Source: a virus
DNA length: 64,000 nucleotides
Virus record (IMG/VR): IMGVR_UViG_3300005096_000005
Span: 1-64,000 of that record
Strand: one strand, 5' to 3'
Numbering within the stretch: the first letter of the stretch is position 1; each line of letters opens with the position of its first letter. The notes under the pieces were generated by a model, which made no database searches, had not been told where the DNA came from, and saw only the letters and a list, made by a program, of their open reading frames with translations. Below are positions 56,312 through 64,000 of the stretch, in pieces. The translations under genes were made by a program, and so were the position numbers.

Positions 56312-58572
56312 TAAACACTTACTCCCATCTGGAATAATTCCCGATCATAGAAAACAAACGTAAGCTCGTCGTTCTCAACGTTGCCACCTGCGGCAATGAT
56401 ATCATTATAATGCATAAGATAAGTTCCAGCATCCATTGCAGCAACAAAAGTGGCCGACGGCATACCAATAACCACAACCTTATACCTGTGATTGTGTTCT
56501 GGTGTTCCTGTATAATACATCAACCAAACGTCATTGCCCAGAGACGAGGGCACAAAACCGCTCGAGCCGGGAACGCCGATATCAATATACATCTCAGCCC
56601 TGTCCAGTACAGAAGGAGAAGTGTTCTTATGTGGGTACACAACGGCAATAGGCCCAACCTCTACTGGAGTATCTCCATCTACCCCCAGATCATATATCTG
56701 TATGAGCGGAATGTACCTGCACCCAGCTCCTTCCACCAGCGAACGACATAGGGTTAAACGAGTCTCCATGGCCGTAAAACTGCCCATATCACGACCAAAA
56801 ACAGGATCACGTAAAGATACCTCGGTGGCCACGTTTCCATTCTCTCCGCCCCATGGTGTAAAGTAAGACTCTACCCACATACTATACATATCACGCCCCG
56901 GCGTAGAGTCCCAGCACCTGGCCCTGATATAAAGAAGCTGCTGAGGCAGTTCGCCAATAGCGGGCACAGTAAGGGTCGCGACCTGCAAGTTGGCATACCC
57001 ACCAACCCCTCCATCCCAATAACCGGGGGCCACTCTCTGGTTGTACGATCTAATGATGTTTGTAAACCCCGCATCCGTGGCTATCTCTACGTGATAGAAC
57101 AGTGATGTGACTGGCGCAGACACTTGCTCGGAAACTACCTTGATGATCGGCGTTCCGTCCTCTGTTGTTGCATTACGCGCTGGACGAAGCAGAACAGGTG
57201 GATCGGGTGGTGCGGTAATAGCAAACGGACCAAAGAACTCGTACGGAGAGTACAGATTGTACAGAGTATTGGGATCCATGAACGCAACCTGGTCACCATC
57301 CCAGGCAGCTACACGAGCAAGTACGTTTGAATGCTGCCCGGACGGAGTATTCCATGTCTGTGTTGTACTGTCCGGACTGCCTGTCACGTCCATAGGAATC
57401 CACTGTGCATACTCGACTTCCATTACAGCCCCCATATCCGGGGACTCGATGACCCGAATTGTATCCCAGGCTTCGAGATACTCATATTCTACACCGTTCG
57501 TCCATAACACAGAGTCAACACGCACGTTGATGATACGCCAGCCAGGCGGTACTCGTATATATTCATCGGACGGCTGTTTAGAGAAGGTGTATAAACTCTG
57601 CCATCCTGACGTCGGTGTATCATAATCTATTAGATACCACCAATGATACTCTACGTTGTTTCCTTCAGGGTCAGTTGCAGGCTCACATTCAATAGGAACA
57701 GCTTCATCTGCAGGGACATCCCCATCTGGAAGTACCAGGCCGGGCACTACATCAAATCTGGACCTGCGATTGGCTTCGCCGACATCAGCCATTAGAGTAT
57801 CAAAGTACGCTCCGGGTTGTAGAAGGGCTTTGTAATAGTACCTGTCAGCTGTCGCAATATCATCGTCAGTAACAGCCCTTAAATCTCGCAGGTTTGTTTG
57901 GAACGACATACGGTCCCCCACGTTACCTCCGTGGTGGCTGAGGTCTGCAACATTATGAAACAAGATATAAAGGTTGTCTTCAAGATACATTGAGCTATTG
58001 TGGATCTCAACATCCGTAACCCATGTCTGCCCTCCGTCGTTTGACCACTTGAACCTGGACATATCAGTCGTGTCGTCTGTACCACTATACGTTAACTCAA
58101 TAATATAATGTCTGTAATCAGTCTGTTCGGGAATCCTGATAGCCCAATTAGAAGAACCCCAGAAGTCTTCATATCCATCAAAGGGCCATAAAGTAGGACC
58201 AAACTTAAGATCGCCAGTGATATTGTAGTCCTCATAAGTGGCATCAAATACGGCGGTAGGATCTCCGAGATTAGGGTCAAACAGATGATTGGTAGACCTG
58301 TGTAGTTCCAGCTCCTTCGCATACAATCCATCAAACGGCATATCTACATACGCCTTATGAATAGGAAACCCGCCAATCTCATATACCTGATGGACACGAC
58401 CTCCTGGCGGAGACACAAACGCCACAGTTCCAAGAAGAGAACTCGTTCCCCGTGGCGATGTCGGCATCTCAGTCTCGAATTGCACATGAGCAAAGATGTC
58501 AGTTTCACTTTGGGTATCAACCTGCTGATTGATAGTCTGAAACTGAATTGTCGCGACGAATTCTGCTATCAT
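56311..58572 (-). CDS. Probable virion protein with Ig/FN3-like domains
   Basis: ATDPEGNNVEY, PPDPPVLLRP..TP, YHVEIATDAGF, YIRAR FN3/Ig-like motifs. Confidence 0.6.
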   Translation of the reverse strand: MIAEFVATIQFQTINQQVDTQSETDIFAHVQFETEMPTSPRGTSSLLGTVAFVSPPGGRVHQVYEIGGFPIHKAYVDMPFDGLYAKELELHRSTNHLFDPNLGDPTAVFDATYEDYNITGDLKFGPTLWPFDGYEDFWGSSNWAIRIPEQTDYRHYIIELTYSGTDDTTDMSRFKWSNDGGQTWVTDVEIHNSSMYLEDNLYILFHNVADLSHHGGNVGDRMSFQTNLRDLRAVTDDDIATADRYYYKALLQPGAYFDTLMADVGEANRRSRFDVVPGLVLPDGDVPADEAVPIECEPATDPEGNNVEYHWWYLIDYDTPTSGWQSLYTFSKQPSDEYIRVPPGWRIINVRVDSVLWTNGVEYEYLEAWDTIRVIESPDMGAVMEVEYAQWIPMDVTGSPDSTTQTWNTPSGQHSNVLARVAAWDGDQVAFMDPNTLYNLYSPYEFFGPFAITAPPDPPVLLRPARNATTEDGTPIIKVVSEQVSAPVTSLFYHVEIATDAGFTNIIRSYNQRVAPGYWDGGVGGYANLQVATLTVPAIGELPQQLLYIRARCWDSTPGRDMYSMWVESYFTPWGGENGNVATEVSLRDPVFGRDMGSFTAMETRLTLCRSLVEGAGCRYIPLIQIYDLGVDGDTPVEVGPIAVVYPHKNTSPSVLDRAEMYIDIGVPGSSGFVPSSLGNDVWLMYYTGTPEHNHRYKVVVIGMPSATFVAAMDAGTYLMHYNDIIAAGGNVENDELTFVFYDRELFQMGVSV

Positions 58573-60689
58573 TCAATTACCACCTTAAACTTCCATCTTG
58601 TACGATACATCTTAGTGAGGTTTGGACTGCCATCAAGTGTCGTCCTGACATAGAAAAAGATATCCTGTCCTGGGCCGGGCCTCTGTCCTACGGTCGCACC
58701 TATTAGTTCCACCCCATTAGGATCACTTGCGTCCTGTTGTTTCCATCTCAAAGCACCACCATCAATACTTCCGGCCATTGTTCCATACCAGTTTGTCAGA
58801 GCCGCATCACCAGGAGTACCCTGGTCGGGGACATTTGTGTTACTGTCCACATCAGGACAAAAGATAATTGTATCAATATCAGGATGATCGCGATCCATAA
58901 TGAGAGCTTTACATGATGTGATGGTTCCATCGCTCGTGTTTCTTACATGGATACGCATTACATCCCCAGCAGTACCCATTGGGGTCATACCGACAGGAAT
59001 GACCTCTCCAGACCGCGGCATACCTACCGAGAAGTGCCACTTATCACCAGCAACACCTCCAGTTGCAGAGGAAAACGCTATTGACACGCCATCACTTAAA
59101 ACAATGGGTGCAGTAGAAACACTCACAGGACCATTCCAGGTAGCTTCGTCATCGTTTGACCACTGGAATGTGTTCGGGGTAGTTGCTCCGTCGACAATCT
59201 CGATCGTAAAGTTCTTCTGTTCATTGTTTGGATAGGCCGCATCGAACTCACTGTCATCAATGGTGAACGTGAGAGTCCCAGAATTCCCGTTGATCTTTCC
59301 AATTGCCGGATACTCTGTTGCAGGACGCGCTGTAGCAAGCGACGCCTGGCCAGGCTGCATCTCTACTTTGACTTTGTGGATGACAATATCAGAAGATCCT
59401 GCGTTTGTTATTCTGATACTCTTAAAAGCGGGGTAATCGTCTGCATTTAAGAAGAGCGCTTTCTTGATGCTTGGATAAACAATTCGGCGAGCTCTGTTTG
59501 TCCATCCTGTGTATGTGATTCCATAATCATGATGGTCCGGAACATCATCAACACTGTTATAACGTGTTAACGGCCAATCCAGATACCAGAGAGACCCATT
59601 CGTTTGTAGAATGGTAGGATACATAGCGCCGCTAAACGGATGATCCCCCACTACAATAGGAGTGCTCCACTGGCCAATCCCCTCACCGAATGCTGTCTGA
59701 AACTCTACCTGCAAATGGTTAGCAGACCGTGTGGCGTCATCATTTTGTGAACGACAGGCATCGTCGGTGACGATATCCACATACAACACCGGCCGATCAG
59801 TAGAGTCTCCTGTCAAGTCCACGACAATGTACTCACCAGACGGAAGAGTAACTTGTTCAGGATCTGATTCATTGTCTTTTGTAAGATTGGCAAGAACATC
59901 AGTCCCATTCCCAAGGACGACTCCACCAGAAGCTGTAGCACCGTTTGCCGCCTTTGCAAGGTCATTCTCGTCATAATCGAATACACCGAATTCCCCAAGG
60001 AGTATGCTCCCATTAAGATCTCCAGCAGTCCCGATTATATGTTCTTCAGTCACATACAAGCTTCTGAGGTAATACGGGAGATCTGCCCACATTGCATGGT
60101 TATCATGAGCCGGTAGATGGAACATAACTGTTCCTGTAGTTCCGTCCGGGTGGAATACGGCACCGAATATCCCGTGCTCATCACAGACATGTACAGCCTC
60201 ACACGTTTGCGCAATATAAGGAGACGGGTCGAATATCCTTAAAGGGAAAAGCCTGCTGGAGCCAGTGGTATCGATCATACTGTTGTAATTGGCCTGCCCA
60301 ACAGCCTCACCAGCTCTCGTGTATGCAGAAAATCCAATGTTACTCCAGTTCACTTCGCCAATAGCCGGAAGATTTGCCTGCGGTATCATATACAACCCAC
60401 TTACCCATCTGGATGTCCCCTTGGAGTACTGGACCACTGTAAACGGGAGTTTGAGAGGGAACGGAGTGAGTGGTGCGGTCGGCAGGTAATTAGTATACCC
60501 GCCATAGACTACCAGCCCGTCCTTTCCGATGTAGAAACCATTGCTGCCAAACTTTAAGTCGATCGGCCCTGCATGTATTCCCTCTGCAGGAGGACTGTCG
60601 TCCTTATTGAAAGCGTTCTGAAGTGTGGTATCGGCAAAGAACGGTCTCTCTCTAAAGTTTGCAAATGCTCGTTTCCATCCTATTGGCAT
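58569..60689 (-). CDS. Probable virion/tail-associated protein
   Basis: 706 aa, beta-rich; FQWSNDDEATW motif shared with neighbour (FKWSNDGGQTW). Confidence 0.55.
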   Translation of the reverse strand: MPIGWKRAFANFRERPFFADTTLQNAFNKDDSPPAEGIHAGPIDLKFGSNGFYIGKDGLVVYGGYTNYLPTAPLTPFPLKLPFTVVQYSKGTSRWVSGLYMIPQANLPAIGEVNWSNIGFSAYTRAGEAVGQANYNSMIDTTGSSRLFPLRIFDPSPYIAQTCEAVHVCDEHGIFGAVFHPDGTTGTVMFHLPAHDNHAMWADLPYYLRSLYVTEEHIIGTAGDLNGSILLGEFGVFDYDENDLAKAANGATASGGVVLGNGTDVLANLTKDNESDPEQVTLPSGEYIVVDLTGDSTDRPVLYVDIVTDDACRSQNDDATRSANHLQVEFQTAFGEGIGQWSTPIVVGDHPFSGAMYPTILQTNGSLWYLDWPLTRYNSVDDVPDHHDYGITYTGWTNRARRIVYPSIKKALFLNADDYPAFKSIRITNAGSSDIVIHKVKVEMQPGQASLATARPATEYPAIGKINGNSGTLTFTIDDSEFDAAYPNNEQKNFTIEIVDGATTPNTFQWSNDDEATWNGPVSVSTAPIVLSDGVSIAFSSATGGVAGDKWHFSVGMPRSGEVIPVGMTPMGTAGDVMRIHVRNTSDGTITSCKALIMDRDHPDIDTIIFCPDVDSNTNVPDQGTPGDAALTNWYGTMAGSIDGGALRWKQQDASDPNGVELIGATVGQRPGPGQDIFFYVRTTLDGSPNLTKMYRTRWKFKVVIE

Positions 60690-60690
60690 G

Positions 60691-61950
60691 TTAATCTCCC
60701 TCCACTGTTACATCGACGTCAATGTCGTCAATAATTCCTCTCGTATATACTCTTCCTGTATGTTGATCCACTTTCATATTCTCTGTGCTGGACGTTACAG
60801 TTGCGACGATCCTGAGCTCACGTATATGTTTCACAATCGTTAATGGTATTGTGGATATATTGCCCCCAGTATCTGTTACAGCAATTATGACTGAATTGTC
60901 ACCTTCAGACAACTGAGCCAACATAGTATCATCAGCGAGAAGCATGATATCCACCGCTCCCGTGTCTATTCCTTTGCCATGAACAGGATCAATAATAGTA
61001 TGCCAGGTTGGGCCTTCTGTGACAACAGTGGTGGGAACGCTCGGGAGCGGATCGTATGCTATCTGTGGATCAAATATCAGACAGCTCATGTTCCATGGTC
61101 CAAGATTCGCTCTCCACCTGACGCCTGGTTGAGTCACGTCTGCCTCATTCGCGATATCTCCTACAACAATACTGTATATGGAAACTGTTAGAGATATCTT
61201 GAACAGTTTACGGTGATCAGATACATATCCACAAAACAGTTCGTTGCCTGTTACTGCGAACTTTGGACGGCGCGGAAGTGAGTTCGGGTCTTCGGCAGAA
61301 ACCTTTGGGGTGGTATCGGCAAGCTGGAACAGCTCGGCGGTTGTTGTATTCGGATCGTAATTTAGTGGTGGTGCATACCGTGAAAGGGCCGGCAAAGCCT
61401 GTGCGGAGTTTACCCTGCGCCACACAATTATATCATAGTCAGTCCCATTATCTACCCGCAGAACAAAGTACTTGATCTCCTTTGTAGCGGACGATACAAA
61501 CGGAGGAATCGTCAATCGCACAATGTCGAGTGGGGCAGTGTTTTCTACTACCAGGTTCAATACATCCCGCCCCGCCTCTGAAGAGTAATCATGAATGACC
61601 TGGGGTGTAAACCTTCGGGTGCTATCGCCAGTAACGGCAGTCCACGGCCATGCGGTATCCAGGGTAATACCACTGCCGTAGTGCGCCTCATCTCCGTAGA
61701 AACCCTCTCCAAGTAAATAAGTCGCTCCACCCAATTCGAAGACGCCAGGGGATGTTTCAACTCCACTCTCAAAAGGAGCTTCATCATCAGTTGGTTCAAA
61801 CTGAAGTGCGAATATCTTGAAGGAAGCAGAAGCCAGTCCAACACCAAAAAGGCGAAGAGTCATTCCAGAGAAGACTTCCAGCAACCTATCACTATACGTG
61901 TCCGTCATCTCCAGAGCGGAGAAGTATATGTTTATATTGGTCGAAGCCAT
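60691..61950 (-). CDS. Probable virion structural protein
   Basis: 419 aa; C-terminal Ig-like GDNSVIIAVTDTGGN. Confidence 0.55.
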   Translation of the reverse strand: MASTNINIYFSALEMTDTYSDRLLEVFSGMTLRLFGVGLASASFKIFALQFEPTDDEAPFESGVETSPGVFELGGATYLLGEGFYGDEAHYGSGITLDTAWPWTAVTGDSTRRFTPQVIHDYSSEAGRDVLNLVVENTAPLDIVRLTIPPFVSSATKEIKYFVLRVDNGTDYDIIVWRRVNSAQALPALSRYAPPLNYDPNTTTAELFQLADTTPKVSAEDPNSLPRRPKFAVTGNELFCGYVSDHRKLFKISLTVSIYSIVVGDIANEADVTQPGVRWRANLGPWNMSCLIFDPQIAYDPLPSVPTTVVTEGPTWHTIIDPVHGKGIDTGAVDIMLLADDTMLAQLSEGDNSVIIAVTDTGGNISTIPLTIVKHIRELRIVATVTSSTENMKVDQHTGRVYTRGIIDDIDVDVTVEGD

Positions 61951-64000
61951 TACAGTGTAAACCTCAAAGTAAAGCTATTGATGGACGGGAGCTCCGAACC
62001 ATGCTTCAATCTGGCCCATAACCGTACATCCTTTACAAGCCTTTCAACCTTATCATACTCTATCCGGCACTTTGTTGTCATCGGGGTAGTGGACTCAGGC
62101 CGGCGCGGATCTTCGGGCGCAGCCACGGGTATCCGCGTGAGAGGAAAACGCATATACGGATGATTCAAAAACACATTGGCAGTACGTGACCCGGTGCTGT
62201 ACTCAGTAGAACGGATGGATGCCCTGTCATAATCTGGAGCAATCTTATTAGACAGTTTGCTGTGTGGTACAATAATTCTGTATAACTTGACATCTGCTTC
62301 TGTCTCCGCCCCAGCCATAAAGAAATCGCCATCCTGCCTCTGAAGATATGTAAAATCTCTCCAGTTCGTACCATCATACACAGACAGGGCAAGATTACAC
62401 TTCAGATACTTCATCTGGTCATATACACTCTCTGAAAATGTTGGCGACTTTACTCCCGTATCTACATACATCACTATGTAATTGATTCCAGACCTTGGAA
62501 TGATAGATCCGGAATATTCCCATGCATTCAATGTACTATTGTACGCCCTGCTAAGTTTGACTTTGACAGTATCTATTCCCTTTACCTGCCCGGCTACAGC
62601 TTCAAGAGAATGTACCTCAAAGATAATGTTTGGATAATCATCTCGGCCTATGACGTCAACCTCATTAACAGTCATAAGAATACGTATGTCGTACGTTTCC
62701 TGTGTGTAGGTTTGAGGATCACGATATAACACAGTACTGAACTTGAATCGGTGAAACATCTCGAGACGCATCACATCGACATCTACAGACAAAGGCATCT
62801 GATCCAATTCGAGGAACGCTGTATGTGCAATATCCAGGTCAACAGCGTATGGTCCTGTGATATACCGACCATGCACAAGTGACACATCGTGATAGTCCAC
62901 CCTCCAAAGGTTGACTCCGGTTGTGAGCAGAAGAGAGCCGTCCATAACATCGGTATCTGTAATATCTTCACTAAGAGAGCTGATATTGTCAGATTCCATA
63001 TCAACCTCATACGCATCTATGTGGGTAAGCGATCCAAGCACAACCGGATCCCCCTGACCGGCGCTATCCAGAGGTGTTATAGGGAGCCAGCCAGACTCTT
63101 CTATAATCGAATCACTACCGGTTTGTTCGTATCGAATGTCAGCATACCAGTCGATGTCGCCTTCGCTTTCTGTTTCAATGGATAACCTGCCAACCTTGTT
63201 TGTAGACTCCAGAGGTATCCACTCTGTATACAGATCAGACTCTGTTTTGGTTCGATCAAGGTACATCGAAATGTTCACAACAATGAGGTAGAACTGAAAC
63301 AGTTCATTCGTCCTGGTAGCGTCCCATGTCTTGAGAAGAAAGCGAGCCTTCCTTACTTTCCTGGCACTGAACCTCCACTCGGTTGTCTCTCTTGTCGTGT
63401 TTAACCCGTGAAAGAACTCTTCGTTCTCATCGTTTACAGTTGTAAGCCCTATCTGAAAATTGTTCTTGCTCCTCGCGTCAATCTGAATCCGAGACAGATC
63501 TACTTCTGCCGGCAACGTAATATCGACAGCCCATTCGATAGGTCCATCAGAATCTTTAGTTACAATAGCTCCCCAGTAGTCGTTTACGAGATCGTTCAGC
63601 ATAGCTGACTCATTGCTACTGCCCTCCATCGCTTTAAACTCGACTTCTGATACGCCTTTGCCTTCAAACGTCTCCTGAACGGTCACCTGAATGTCCACAT
63701 CGGAAGCATCTCCAAAGTAAATCTTACTTCCTTCGCCTTCCGAACCCAAACGTACAACCCGAAAGCGAGTATCTACTTCTGCTGTAGTATTGACTGTGTC
63801 TATTCTGCTGAGGTCTGCAAAATCTTCTTTGATGTTTTCCAACATACCGGTTGTACGGTCATGGACCAGAAGTATGCTGTCAATGTCTCTGCGTATCGTA
63901 TGGACTTGACGGACAAGGCCATCGAGCTGGACGTGGTTGTACTGGAAGTTACGTATCACCTCCACTGCGCCCTTTCGAGCCTGCTCAAATAGAAGGTCCA
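61950..64000 (-). CDS. Probable virion structural protein, 5'-truncated by window edge
   Basis: ORF 61950..63965; frame stays open to position 64000. Confidence 0.6.
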   Translation of the reverse strand, partial: DLLFEQARKGAVEVIRNFQYNHVQLDGLVRQVHTIRRDIDSILLVHDRTTGMLENIKEDFADLSRIDTVNTTAEVDTRFRVVRLGSEGEGSKIYFGDASDVDIQVTVQETFEGKGVSEVEFKAMEGSSNESAMLNDLVNDYWGAIVTKDSDGPIEWAVDITLPAEVDLSRIQIDARSKNNFQIGLTTVNDENEEFFHGLNTTRETTEWRFSARKVRKARFLLKTWDATRTNELFQFYLIVVNISMYLDRTKTESDLYTEWIPLESTNKVGRLSIETESEGDIDWYADIRYEQTGSDSIIEESGWLPITPLDSAGQGDPVVLGSLTHIDAYEVDMESDNISSLSEDITDTDVMDGSLLLTTGVNLWRVDYHDVSLVHGRYITGPYAVDLDIAHTAFLELDQMPLSVDVDVMRLEMFHRFKFSTVLYRDPQTYTQETYDIRILMTVNEVDVIGRDDYPNIIFEVHSLEAVAGQVKGIDTVKVKLSRAYNSTLNAWEYSGSIIPRSGINYIVMYVDTGVKSPTFSESVYDQMKYLKCNLALSVYDGTNWRDFTYLQRQDGDFFMAGAETEADVKLYRIIVPHSKLSNKIAPDYDRASIRSTEYSTGSRTANVFLNHPYMRFPLTRIPVAAPEDPRRPESTTPMTTKCRIEYDKVERLVKDVRLWARLKHGSELPSINSFTLRFTL

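Noticed and set aside
1-64000. Genome-wide TAG reassignment (genetic code 15)
   Set aside because: Long genes on both strands are intact in code 11, and several genes end in TAG directly before the next feature

Overview
All of this window looks like part of a large (jumbo-type) bacteriophage genome. It has dense, co-oriented genes and no host housekeeping operons. The + strand (1-51465) carries replication, recombination and nucleotide genes: primase, SF2 helicase, MoxR/vWA pair, two RecA paralogs, a split family-4 UDG, ThyX, class II RNR, DnaE, Rad52-like SSAP, DnaB, Cas4-like nuclease, RuvC, Nudix and an ATP-dependent ligase. It also carries a dispersed tRNA cluster (about 15-23 kb). The - strand (51425-64000) carries an actin-like ATPase and large probable virion proteins. 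The main novelty is a putative RNA-protein system. A sigma70-type promoter drives a small ubiquitin-like protein ending in Gly (14656-14856). This is followed by seven tRNA-like RNAs that all carry one covarying hairpin module (NCCNG internal loop plus GCUUACAAAC), attached at a different cloverleaf position in each, including one circularly permuted tRNA. Downstream lie a Ro60/TROVE-like vWA protein, a Cys-motif protein resembling an E2, and a ThiF/E1 enzyme. Also notable: an amber-suppressor tRNA next to a Pth2 gene with an in-frame UAG at codon 4, a UDG cut in two by an ~800-bp two-ORF insert, and a ~240-nt structured RNA between two tRNA-Gly genes. All protein calls come from motif recognition by eye, and all RNA structures from manual pairing. 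No database searches were run.
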